64,000 bases of DNA, taken from NCBI GenBank assembly GCA_032718475.1, contig JAUCBJ010008325.1, positions 4,772-68,771 of the forward strand. The letters are read 5' to 3'. The DNA is from Nemertoderma westbladi (Eukaryota > Animalia > Xenacoelomorpha). Each line of letters begins with the position of its first letter. Positions within the stretch are counted from its first letter, which is position 1. A model generated the notes under the pieces. It was not told the DNA's origin, did not search any database, and saw only the letters and a program-made list of their open reading frames with translations. Shown here piece after piece: positions 40,699 through 55,327 of this stretch. Made by a program: the position numbers and the translations under genes.

Positions 40699-41972
40699 CT
40701 ACTCTATATACTAATAGCTGCAAACTCAAAATATTATAATTAAAAAAATGTCAAACTAAATAATGTTGTGTTTGGTTTGATAATTCTGAAGGTATACGGG
40801 TTTCCGATGTCGCTGATCAAGATGAAACTAGTTACAAATATTTCTGGTAAAGCAAACCCATTTTTCGTGCCATTCTGGTGCCCCAGAACGAAAAGTACAA
40901 ATAGCACAAAATTATAAACTGTTAAGTTGCCTTGGGTTTGGTAATTCTGAAGCTGTACCGATTTTCAAGGTCGCTGATCACGATACAACTCGTTAATAAT
41001 AATTTGTGGTAACGCAACAATCATTTTTGGTGCTTGTCTGGTGGGACGAAAAATACCAGTTAGCGTAAAATTTCAAACGCCAAAATTCGATTTCTTCGAA
41101 ATTTTGGTTGGATAATAACGATATTTTTGAGTGTCATGTTCGTGATCAGCATCCCAAAAAACCTATATGGTCATCAAATTATTTGGTTTTATTAAGGATT
41201 AATAAATCATGTTTGTAATGCCAAAAATTGATTCAAAATCGAAATACGGCCCTCGCACAGCACAATATATAATATGTATATGAGATCATCCACTGTGTTC
41301 ATCCGTGGGAGTTAGTGTGGAGTGCCCCTTGCCTTGTACGTACAAACAAGAGAAGGAAGCAAGTGAAAGAGTACCCTTAATATTGCCTCCAGTAGTGTTT
41401 CATATTCACAGATAAATTTACATTACCCCGAATTATTATGAACCCGAATTTGTGGGGCAAGGGGCCTTCCTATTCACATCACAAATCAATATCGCCGTAG
41501 TCCGGCTGCCCCATCCATTGCATTAGCTACACTACTGTCTGGCCAGCAGACATATATTCGCCTTCAAGCTCGATATATTGCCTTCTCTAACAATGGCATC
41601 GCCGTTCACTCCATGTAAACAATTAATGTTCCTACAACTCGTGTTATAAATTCCATGAGATAATTTTAATCAATGTTGATGGTGTCATTTGTTTGATGTT
41701 CTCACAACTATTACATGTTAGCAGAACTCTAGTCAATGATTTTTGAATGTTCAAGAAGAGGACGCTAAAGGGATACACGATTTTTTTCCCTCACATTTCA
41801 GGTATTGCAAAGTGGCACTTGTGCTAACATTACAAAGAGTACATGGGGACCCGATCAAAACGTCGGACACATGTCCCTGATCAAATGTCAGCTCAACTTG
41901 TTACCACTATTTTTTTGTCACCACAACTGCCATTTTTGATAGCCAAATGTTAGCACAACTGCCAGTTGGATA

Positions 41973-41974
<2 letters not shown>
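40699..41974 (+). repeat. Duplication block B, copy 1
   Basis: Similar to 47289-48810; both copies end in (CT)n. Confidence 0.88.
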
Positions 41975-42030
<56 letters not shown>

Positions 42031-43857
42031 GATAGCCGATTTCTAGTTGTGCCGACGCACTATTTGTTCAGAGTTGTGCCCTTTCAGTGGGACTGATTAT
42101 TTGAAAATTGTGGTGACATCAATTCCTGTGCTACCACTAGGGGGTGTGGTGTATAATGTGAGGGTAATGTGAGGGAGTGTGATATTGCTTTTTCGTCTTT
42201 GGTTATTTATTGATATTAAGTTTCTTTGATTGTAGGCACAACTTGGTGTCCGGAAACATCATATATCGTGTATAATTGAGGGGAATGACAAATTGAATAT
42301 TTAAGATCGCGATGTTATATTATAGTGCTTTTAATGAAACATCGAATATCACTAATTTTTATTTGTAAAGTTTATGAACAAATTATATGAATGATGAATG
42401 GGAAAATATTCTTATTATATTTTCATTATAAGGTGGTCGATAAAGCAATTTCCAGGCTCAATTTCTTTGTAAATATACGGTCTCAGGAATTCATAGCATG
42501 CGAGTATTCTTGGCCCGTGGGTATTCTTAGCCTTGCATACTTAGCCCGTGGGTATTCTTAGCCCGCGAAACAATAACGTTTATTGTTTTGGTTCCCCCAA
42601 TACTCCTCTGAAACCTGCTCCTTTGCTAACCTGCTCCTTTACTAACCTGATCCTTTACTAACTCGCGGGCTAAGAATACTCGCGGGCTAAGAATTCACCC
42701 AACAAATGTACTTGTTCAGAGCTGTGAATTCTACATTTCTTCTATATTGAATGTACAGCAGCAGGGCATTGGAATTTTGAATCATTGCTTCACGAAATAA
42801 GAAAAGGATTATTGTAATATTTCGTTTTATTACATATCGTAACATCCAATCTTTTAACACCCTATCTCGTATAATCATGCTTCCCCCATCTCGTAGCACG
42901 TAATGCATTATTGTCAAAAAATTTGTAAAATAAACTTGGTTTCTAATCCGATCTATAGACTCTTGGGTGTCCACAACGGTATTAGTACATAGAACAGCAG
43001 ATTGGCAATAATAATTTGCTACAAGCGTGCAATAATAAATACAAAAGGGTGAGTACAAAACAAATACACAAGACCCAAAAGACTTAAGACCTGTACGAAA
43101 CACATGTGATAACTTTCGTTTATTGTTTTGGATCCCCCAACTATGACTATGTAACCTGCTCCTTTACTAACCTGCTCCTTTAAATGCCAATGAGACCTAA
43201 CGCTCTTTGGGACCTAACGCTACTTTACCTCTTAGTTTGTACGTCCTTTGTCTTCGTTTTGTACTGGCCCAGATACAAGAGCAGAAAACCAGTTAGATCG
43301 TCCTGCTACAACGTTACTAACTTCAGCAACTGTATCATAGACCTATTTGCCTTTAACACTTTGCGTACCAACACGGTACGAGTTCATCACACGTATTGTC
43401 ATGACACGTACTCGTGTTCATAATTCATGATAATGCTCATAATGCCGCCTTTAAATACTGTAATTATAACTTAACCCCCATGGCAGTTTACATAGTTTAT
43501 GCAATTTAATTTAAATTTAGCCAATAATTATGTTACAAATGATTAAGGCTGCAGTGTGCCCCCCGTGGTTCAAATGAAAGATTTATAAATTTCGAAAATG
43601 GTTAAAGGCGGCAGTGTGCCGCCTTTGAGGGTAGGATAAGTAATAATATGGTTATCCTCTTTATATATAACAACAAAATAAACCTTGGTACGATCAAATA
43701 TACTTTCTTGGAAGTAAAAATCTTTATCTTTATCTTTGGTACACAAAGGGCTACACTTATTTTCTTAAAATTTAATAATAGTTTGAGTAGGTTCTCGAGA
43801 ATTTCGTTGCCATATTCGTAAACATGACGATTGTAATGTTGTGATAGACATAAGAGC

Positions 43858-44912
43858 TTAGGGCGGTGCGTTTTTTACTTTTTATCGATTTCATTGTTCT
43901 ACCGGTGCACAAATGTTGCCAAATGGTAAAAAAATAAGGCAAAAAAAAATTATTTAAATTTCATCTATATCTTCACGGATCCCAAGAGGGTTGAAATTTT
44001 GTGCCATCGCGATGCACCATAATGAAATTTATAACAATATAACACATTGATGAAAGATCAATGACTCAAAAAAGAACTTCCTGCATGCATCAAATGTCAT
44101 CAAATGGGTCCAAACTTAGTTAGATACCAAAATTTTAACTTTTGGGTCAAGGGAACTAGTGCCACAGGCACATGGCCAGTACCTACCATTTGGCACAAGT
44201 GTTGATTATTCTCAATTTTCGCGATGGCCAACTTTGATTTATCCTACTGCATTCATATTATGCTCATTAGAACCGCAATGGCCGATTTAGTGGGGGTAGA
44301 CACATTCAAAACAAACGTAGAGCGAATAGTTCTTGAGATATCGCAGAAAATGTGAAGTACGGCACAAGTCTACATTACCGCCTTGATGTGATATGGACAA
44401 ATACACAATAAATGATATTTTGAATTATCTCAAGGAATCAAATTCGCTCTATGCTTATTTTGATGGTGTCTACCCCCACTAAATCGGTCATTGCGGTTCT
44501 AATGAGCATAATAATAATGCCGTAGGAGAACTAAAAGTTGTCCATCACCAAAATTGAGAATAATCATCACTTGCGCCAAAGAGTAGGTTCTGGTCATGTG
44601 CCTGTGGCACAACTTCCCTTGTTCCAAAAATTAAAATTTTGGTATCTAACTAAGTTTGGACCCATTTGATGACATTTGATGGATGCAGGAAGTTCTTTTT
44701 TGAGTCATTGATCTTTCATCAATGTGTTATATTGTTATACATTTCATTATGGTGCATCGCGATGGCACAAAATTTCAACCCTCTTGGGATCCATGAAGAC
44801 ATAGACGAAATTTAAAGAAATTTTCTTTGCCTTATTTTTTTTACCATTTGGCAACTTTTGTGCACCGGTAGAACAATGAAATCGAAAAAAAGTAAAAAAC
44901 GCACCGCCCTAA
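43858..44912. mobile_element. 1055-bp foldback MITE with 5-bp TSD
   Basis: Termini TTAGGGCGGTGCG...CGCACCGCCCTAA with ~490-bp inverted arms. TSD AGAGC at 43853-43857 and 44913-44917; empty site in the paralogue at ~35459. Confidence 0.93.
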
Positions 44913-46065
44913 AGAGCATATTGCTTAAAATATATTAAATATAATATAAATATAATTTGCTATACAAATTTCTGGCTGCTTATTGCATGCATATAGTCCA
45001 AAAAATCAAATCAAGTCTCACACTGTTCATATAGGAATAAGCAATCAAAGTGTAATCTATGTACCCCTTTCGATATCGCTTAATGCACTGAATTCTTAAT
45101 AATAATATACAATAATTATTTCTTATATTTAATAAACTGTAATTTTATTAGGAAGAACTTTCACCTTTCTGTAATATAGTATTACTTCTAAGAATACACC
45201 TCATTAGTAATAATAATGTTATAAGTTTAATTAGATTGTTTACTCGGGCAAATGGGTGGCTTTTAATATAAATGCTATTTAATTATTTATTTAATACTAA
45301 ATATTATTACCCTTAACAAAGGATGTTACCCAATACATGAAAACTATTTTTTGCTCCAATCATGTCTTGATGAATAAAATATAAAAAAGTAGAAAGTTTC
45401 ATGGGTGGTGCTAAAAATTCTGGAACATTTAATACAAAAATCGACACACCGGCACTATTAATGGTATAGTACCCTATTAATTAAAAGTATAAAGAGACAA
45501 ACATTTACTGATAATTAATAGGTAGAGAACTATAGAGAAACCCCCCCACACAGCACAAATATCAGTTAAAAATTATAAAATAGAGTTAAGTACAGAAGAG
45601 GCGATGTAGATTAATTAGCTGGTTGCTGCATATGACGTTCCTATCCTGTCTGGCCTTATGGCAGCCCAGCACCATCTTCCAGTCCAAGCCCACTTCTCCA
45701 TTTTTGATGCGTGACCCACGAACGCAATGGGATGCGCCTCGGATAAGGGCAAACTGGACTCGTGTCCTACTCTTACTGTCTTACTCGGGTAATTTGGCTA
45801 GCGCAAATTTGCGGGATTTGCGGCATCGGGACCGGGATTATCACTCTCGGGATCCCGTATGCGTAAAACTTAACTATAAATAAACTTCAATAAACACTAT
45901 ATTACGTAACTAACGGTCAACAGTCAAATTATTCATAAGCCACAATATTACTTACAAAATAATAAACTATCTTAATTCAATTTAATACGATGCAGAGAGG
46001 TTCCAACCACGAAGACTATAACAGTCTACAGTACGAAACCAAGACTTCTCCATTTGGCTGAATAT

Positions 46066-46400
46066 ATATACCTTGCCTGTTTTGGCAAGTATATAAATAT
46101 ACCTTGCCTGTTTTGGCAAGTATGTAAGTATGCCTTGCCTGTTTTGGCAAGTATATAAATATACCTTGCCTGTTTTGGCAAGTATGTAAATATACCTTGC
46201 CTGTTTTGGCAAGTATATAAATACACCTTGCCTGTTTTGGCTAGTATATAAATATACCTTGCCTGTTTTGGCAAGTATATAAATATACCTTGCCTGTTTT
46301 GGCAAGTATATAAATACACCTTGCCTGTTTTGGCAAGTATATAAATACACCTTGCCTGTTTTGGCAAGTATTTAAATATGTATTGCCTGTTCTGGTAAGT
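46066..46400. repeat. 31-bp minisatellite, duplicate (~10-11 copies)
   Basis: Same unit as 36560-36855. Confidence 0.95.
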
Positions 46401-47288
46401 ATTTGAATTTGATAGAGTATATTATAAATATGATGGAAACTTCCTGTAAGTTTCACGTGTAAGACAAATGTTGAATAAATTATAAAACAAAATATTATTT
46501 TATGGCTTTTTCCCTGGAGCAAAGAGTAGTAACGCAGGAGGAGTAAACGAACAAATGTAATATGTCCTCTACTTAAAGTAATTGAATTGCCGTACTACTG
46601 TAATGAGAATTTCAAAGATTTTTGAGTCAAATTTTAATAATATCTCGAAACAGGAAATGTCTACAAAGTAGGCCTACATCCTAAATTTGCATAGAGGATA
46701 AAACAAGCAGGAAACGAGCTGTATCAACAAATCAGGGTGATAATATAACAAGTATTATCAAGTCAAGTCAAGTTTGTCAAGTCAAGTGATGTCAAGTCAG
46801 TATGTCAAGTCGTATGGCGCCAAGTCAAACTACTATCAAGTCACGTGATGTCAATCAAGGCATTAATTATGAAGTGATGTCGAGTCCAATGATGTCAAGT
46901 CAAGTGTCATAAAACCAAGTGATATCAAGTCAAATAATTTAAATTGTTAAAAAGTGTTGTAAAGTCAAGTGAAGTCATATACCATCATGATAAATGACCA
47001 TGATGTCTGTCACGGTTTTCTAATTATTGAAATGGCTTCCGTCAATTTGTTTCACCCACTGCATCGTACCCATCTTGTGAAATTCCACCATAAGAGGCAG
47101 GCAAAGAATCGCAAGTTTTCTTTGTTTTAGCTTTTCCAAGGCTCGTCATTGTTAAAATTGATTTCTAATATTAAGGGGACCATTATCTGATATTCATGAT
47201 TCTGTATATAAAACAAGATTTTTCACAATTTCTCAATTTTGACATTTTCCACTGTCAATTTTTTTATTTTTGTCCAAAAAGTTTGAGT

Positions 47289-48983
<1,695 letters not shown>

Positions 48984-49440
48984 TCGAACTCCTCCAAAAC
49001 GGACGGAGGGATTGCGCTGGAACTTGGCATGTGTGTATAACTTTAACCAGCGGTCGTTATAGGCCACTTTTCGAAAAGTTTAATTCACGTTCGGTACCGG
49101 TACTAGGTACCGGTACGTCAGTAGGCCTATACCGGTACCAGTACGCCAGTAGGCCTATGCCGGTAGCGGGAAATACCGGGTAACATGCCTCGGGTATTGC
49201 CTGCTAGTAATATATAATGAACAAGCCTTGTTAAAATATCAGATCGAGTTAAAAACCAACATCTGTGGCCCAGTAGGTTAGACTGCGATGGTTGTTCGGA
49301 CATTCAAGTAGATGGTACGTTGTGGCATGATTTCCGCACAATTCACAATTTACAGCAATAATCTGTGGAAGCAGCGTGGAACCCGGTAGAATTACATATT
49401 AGATGGTGGAACCCATGGGCAGAATATCTTGTTATGACGT

Positions 49441-52400
49441 GAACTTGAACTTGAACTTGTTTATTAGCGGATTACAAAGTAAAATAAATACAAATCACTA
49501 CAGTTAGGTATATGGCTTGTAGGATAGTTCTTTTTACAGAACACAGCAGAACACAGTAGAACACAGCAGAACACAATAGAATAAAGGCGGAACATAGGCG
49601 AACACAGCTGTAATTAAAATCTACAGCAAAAAATAACACACTTGGGAAAATACCGGACTTAATCATACAACTGTAAGATGTCAATTACATATTTAAATTA
49701 AATGGCGGTTTTACATATCCTCCAAAATAAATTACCTGATCAGAGTTGCCCGATCAGCTGTTCGGTTAGGCCTGTACCTGTTACTAGTCCAGCAGTCTGC
49801 CTGTCAGCCTGTTCCAATACTGCAGTAGGCCTAGTGCTGTAGAGACATGTACAGACTGATAGACTGTACATTGTACAGGCAGATAGATGTAGGCATTTAC
49901 CGGCAATTACCGGGCACAGTGTAGAGTATATTACCAATGTACTGATATAGGCCTACTCAGCTACCGGTACTGTAGTGCTGTAGAACTAACCAACTCTCCA
50001 TGGTTACAGGATAGTGAGAAGTAATTTATTTTGGAGGATATGGAAAACCGCCATTTAATTTAAATATGTAATTGACATCTTACAGTTGTATGATTAAATC
50101 CGGTACTTTCCCAAGTGTGTTATTTTTTGGTGTAGATTTTAATTACAGCTGTGTTCGCCTATGTTCCGCCTGTATTCTATTGTGTTCTGCTGTGTTCTAC
50201 TGTGTTCTGCTGTGTTCTGTAAAAAGATATATCCTGGCTTGTACAACTACAGTACAGTACGACAATCATAGTGCAATTGTTACTGTTTAACACAATATAG
50301 GCAATTTAGTACATAATATAATATACGCAATTTTAGTGTTAAATATTAAAAATTTACAACAATGTTCGATGTCCAGTTAAAATAAAATGAATATAGAAGG
50401 TAATTGATACAGAAATTGTTAAAAACTGATAGGTTAAAAATACACAAAAAAAATTTTCTGAAAAGAATCCACAAGCAAAATTAATATGAATAGACCAGGT
50501 GCATGTAACAAATAAAAATAAGGAACGTTATTGATACTTAATAAAATAACACATAAATACTGCCATTAACAACTTGCAACAAGAAACATATTAAAGTTCC
50601 AAATGAAAAAATACTAGAGAGGTGGAGACTATTTTTCCAAAACTACAGTATCTTGATTGTCTGTGGATGTACGAATTATATTTAAATAAAATAATAAGAA
50701 ATAAATATGGATTCGATCTTGTTTAAAATATCCTAAAAAAGTTAAAATAAACTGACACCACTTTTTTCACCAAATTAACATATTTACACTAACAAAATAT
50801 ATTTAAACTAAAATAATTACAAGATAAAAAGCATGATCCAAGCTTGACGCCCAATGTGTGTAGTGTTATCACCGATAGAAATTAACAAAAAGAAAAAAAA
50901 ATGTAGCCGCTAAGGATAGCCCTAAGAGATAATTACATCTCATTTCCATAGGGATCCCTGTTATAAAAGGTAGATAAAATATAAAGTTTATAAGTAATAG
51001 AAACATAATAAAATCGCTATGTTATTGTGAACACCGAGATATCCGTGGATGCAAGTTTATCTAAAAAGTGTTTCTTCAGGTTGTGTTGGAATACGACAAG
51101 AGATGGCGCTCGAGTTATTGACCCTGGTAGATCATTCCACAACGAGGGCCCGTAGTATGAGAATGTAGACTGGCCGTGGACGGTGTGTCTCTGTGGGATT
51201 TCCGCACGTATATGTGGCCCCCGAAGATTCATTGCACCTTGATTAAAAGAAACTAGCTCCGAGAGGTATGATGGAGCTTGCAAGTGTAAAACTTTATACA
51301 TATACGACAGCATTTTAGAATAGCACCTTTCCCTTAATGGAAGCCAGTTTATATCCTTGAAGTGGACCGGGCCGATGTGATCACGAGACCCCATACCCAG
51401 GCAGAAACGAATGCATTTTCGTTGGAGAGCCTCCAACTGAGTTCGCAATTTGGAAGAGATAGTCAAGAACCAGCAGCTAGAGGCGTAGTCCATATGGGGC
51501 TGGATGAGGGCCATGCAGAGTAGTCGACGGGAATGGCGATCGAGAACTCCTCCATTGCGGTGAAGAAATTTTAGACGGCTGTTTCCCTTTTTAATTATTT
51601 TTTGAGCCATATTCTCACCTGCAAGAGTGTTATCGAGTTCTGCTCCGAGATAGGTCACCGCATCCTTCACCGGTATATCAATGCCGCCGCATTTAACTTG
51701 CAGTTTCGGAGCTGATGCTAACCTCTGATGTGTACCAAAACAAATTGCCTGGGTTTTCTTGAAATTTATGCTAAGGCGATTATCATTACACCAATCGTAC
51801 ACAGCATCCATATTCTCTGACAGGACGCGAGATAGTTCATCCACATCAGAATTTGAGTCCAATAAGCTGGTATCATCGGCAAACATTGGGGCTGCAATTT
51901 CTATAGCTTGTGAAATGTCATTGGTATGGTCACCGAATAAATCGGGCCCCAAAATCGAACCTTGAGGAACTCCAATGTCAATTTGGCTTCTTTCCGATTC
52001 TACACCATTAATACTCACAAACTGCTGTCTACCCGTCAGGTACGATTTCATCCATCTTGTAGTGCTATCAGAGAATCCCATAAGTTTGAGTTTGGCTAGC
52101 AGTGTGGAATGAGCTATGGTGTCGAACGCCTTGCTGAGGTCTATTAGAACCATACCTGTAAGGTGGCCTTTCTCAATACCTTCTCGGATGAAGTTGTCTA
52201 CATAGATTAGGGTAGTCTCAGTCGAATATCCACGCCGAAATCCAGACTGAAGTTTATTAGCGATCCCACTTGTTGCTATATATTCCGCATGCTGGTTGTG
52301 GACGACCCTTTCAAGAATCTTCGATAAAATTGGCAGGAGAGAAATCGGTCTGTTATTTTCCTTTTCTAGAGCATTACTAGAACTTTTTTTAATAGGCTTG

Positions 52401-53095
52401 ACTTTGGCGGTTTTGTAATTTTCAGGAAAAGTGCTGGTTTTGATCGAAGTATTAACTATGTGTGTTATAGGTCCAGTAATGACGTCACAGCAATCCTTTG
52501 TTATTCGTGCTGGAATTCCATCTGCGCCTGTACATTTGCTTGTATCAATTTCCTGGGTAATTGACTCTATTTCTTGTTCAGTTATTTCGGAAAGAGTAAA
52601 TGTTTCCTGACTGGTTCCCATGTTTTGGTAATAATCCCTTGTAGCCTCGTATCCAAATCGTCCTGTAGGAGATGGTAATTTCGATTCCAAGGATTTTGCG
52701 ACATTTGAAAAATACTCGTTAAAACAGTTGCTTATTAGTTTTGGGTCACGTGATATTACACCATCTATTAACAATCCTGGACTGGCAGAATCAGCTGTTT
52801 GTGTCTTTTTGGAAGGCATGCCAAGTGATTTGAAAATTTTCCAAAGGTCTTTGGGATTGTTTTTAGAAGATTGTACTTTTGCTTTGATATATTCTGCTTT
52901 TTTGAAACGTATTAAACTAGTTACTTTATTCCTAATTTTTTTGAAATCATCTTCATTGGCTTTTGCTTGGTGAAAAACAAGTGTAGCTTTGTGGCGTTTT
53001 GTAATGGCATCGCGAACCTCATTATCCATCCATGGCTCGCTTCGGTGTTTAACCCTCACTGATCTTGGCGGCGCTAAACGGTCAATTATAGGTGG
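49441..53095 (-). mobile_element. 5'-truncated CR1/L2-like LINE (ORF2 linker, RT, C-terminus, long 3' UTR)
   Basis: RPISLLPILSKILER, LQSGFR, IDLSKAFD, GVPQGSILGP, FADD; stop at 51017. AATAAA plus (CAAGTT)n tail at 49441-49465. Confidence 0.9.
49522..50234. mobile_element. MULE-like MITE, 713 bp, 9-bp TSD, inserted in a LINE 3' UTR
   Basis: ~210-bp TIRs (GGATA...TATCC); TSD TGGCTTGTA at 49513-49521 and 50235-50243. Confidence 0.9.
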
Positions 53096-53790
53096 ATTGT
53101 GTCTTTGCTTGAAGTTCGCCTTCGTCCAGTCTCGGCTTGTTAGAGCGGGTGTGTTCCAGAATGCGCTGTCAATTTCGGAAATTTTCGCTGTATTGATGTT
53201 TAAATATATTGTAAACTCCTCCGTCTTTGGCAATTTGTGGCTACTTTGGAGTTCTATTGATAGATTGCGTTCCTGCGCGATGGCGATGACCAGGCGATTA
53301 TGTGTGTTTTTGTGTAGACCCAATACACGTTTTAGGTATGATGACTTTATTTTATCGAGAGTAAGGAAATTTGTAGCTGTGAGGTGCGGCCATATTATCC
53401 CGAGGCTGTATGTTACACACGGCCGAATTTTCAGGTTGAACAGTTTTATTGCTGTCTCGAGTGATAACAGTTTGGTATCTTTAATCGAATGAACAGCCGA
53501 AAGCGATTTAGTTACAATTTTCGATATATGCATTGTGAAGCAGAGTGTTGTTTGGAATATTACGCCAAGGTAGGTGTAAGAGTTGGTAACTTTAACTGTA
53601 TCGTTGTTGTAATAAAATTTATCTTCTCTTGACAACCTCCCGCCCTTCCTAAACTTAATAATCTCGGTTTTGGTCAGATTAACCTGTAGTCCGTTGTGAG
53701 CCGCCCACTTTGCTGTTGCATTCAATGCTGTTTGTAGACCTTCTCTGGATTCGCAGTAGATAAGAAGGTCGTCAGCAAAAAGAAATACTA
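53096..53790 (-). mobile_element. Fragment of a different LINE (RT C-terminal half), fused in frame to the downstream LINE
   Basis: LFADDLL...GLQVNLTKT...YTYLGV is a second RT palm/thumb within ORF 51017-53842. Confidence 0.8.
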
Positions 53791-53869
53791 TTACTGCGAT
53801 GGCTGCGCGTTTGATTGCAACGATTAAGTCTAAAATAAACAATATAAATAGGAATGTATAAATAGTAAA

Positions 53870-54945
53870 ATATTGAGAGTAAAATTATCGGTGTAAAAAT
53901 ATCGCAAGTAAAATTATCGAGAGTAAAATTATCGCGAGTAAAAATATCGCGAGTGAAATTATCGAGAGTAAAATTATCGCGAAAATATCGCAAGTTAAAT
54001 TCATTTTTATAGTAGTGTTTAAAAATTACAAAAACTGTAGCTATAAAAATTTATATTTTTTTAAATAAGACAGTGTTTATTTTATTGTTTCTATGGTAGG
54101 CCCTATTACTGCAACTAGTGTTTTCGTGGGTAGCTAGTATTTCATTCCAAAAATCATAGCTAATTTTACTCTCAATATTTTTACTCTCGACTTTTTTCTC
54201 GCACATTTTTACTCTTGCTATTTTTACTTACGATATTTTTACTCTCGATATTTTTGCTCAATATTTTTACTCGTGATATTTTCGATATTTTTACGCTCGA
54301 TATTTTTACTCTCGACATTTTTCTCGCGATATTTTTACTCTTGATATTTTTACTTTCGATATTTTTACTCTCTATATTTTTACTCCCGACATATTCCTCG
54401 CGATATTTTTACTCTTGATAGTTTTACTCTCGACATTTTTTTGCGATATTTTTACTGTTGATATTTTTACTCATCGACATTTTTCTCGCGATATTTTTAC
54501 TCTTGATATTTTTACTTTCGATATTTTTACTCTCGATATTTTTACTCAATATTTTTACTCGCGATATTTTCGATATTTTTATTCTCGATATTTTTACTCT
54601 CGATATTTTTACTGTCGATATTTTTACTCACTATTTTACTCCTGAAAATCTACTCTCGATATTTTTTACTCTCGATATTTTTAAACTCTCAATATTTTTA
54701 CTCTCGATATTTTTACTCCCAATATTTTTACTGTCGATATTTTTACTCACTATTTTACTCCTGAAAATCTACTATCGATATTTTTTACTCTCGTTATTTT
54801 TCAACTCTCGATATTTTTACTCTCAATATTTTTTGAACTCGCGCTAAATTATCGATATTTTTCATCTTGCGATATTTTTACTCTCCATATTTTTCAACAC
54901 TCAATATTTTTAATCGCGATATTTTTCAACTCTCGATAATTTTTA
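53870..54945. repeat. ~15-bp GATATTTTTACTCTC arrays in inverted arrangement
   Basis: The array at 53870-53995 is the reverse complement of the unit in the array at 54163-54945. Confidence 0.9.
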
Positions 54946-55327
54946 AATATAACCAATTATTATTCTGTGACAATGACAAGTGTTACCAATGACAACAGAA
55001 TGCTACTGTAAATTTCACCACATTAATTTATACATACATTGCCAGAATTCCAGTATGTGGGCCTATGTGGGCATTTTTCTGGGCAATGCATGGTGTAGAT
55101 GTAAGCCTGATGTGATAGCTGGCTTATATACCTATAGGACCTTATAGCAGCAACCTTATATGTCATATAACCTGGAACAAATTAACAGTTAGAATGAACC
55201 CTAATGAAATACTGTAGGCCTAGTAACATAAAAACCATATAGGCCTACTATTTACATTATAGGCCTAATATTATATTAGTGTTGAAATTGTAATTAACAG
55301 ATAGTAAGTAGCCTTCTTGGAAATGCA

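Larger units (their letters stand above)
41975..47084 (+). repeat. Segmental duplication block A, copy 2
   Basis: As copy 1, plus a 1055-bp foldback insertion; lacks ~200 bp present at ~34890-35090. Confidence 0.93.

Noticed and set aside
54215-54847. Hydrophobic ORFs
   Set aside because: Translations of the 15-bp tandem array.
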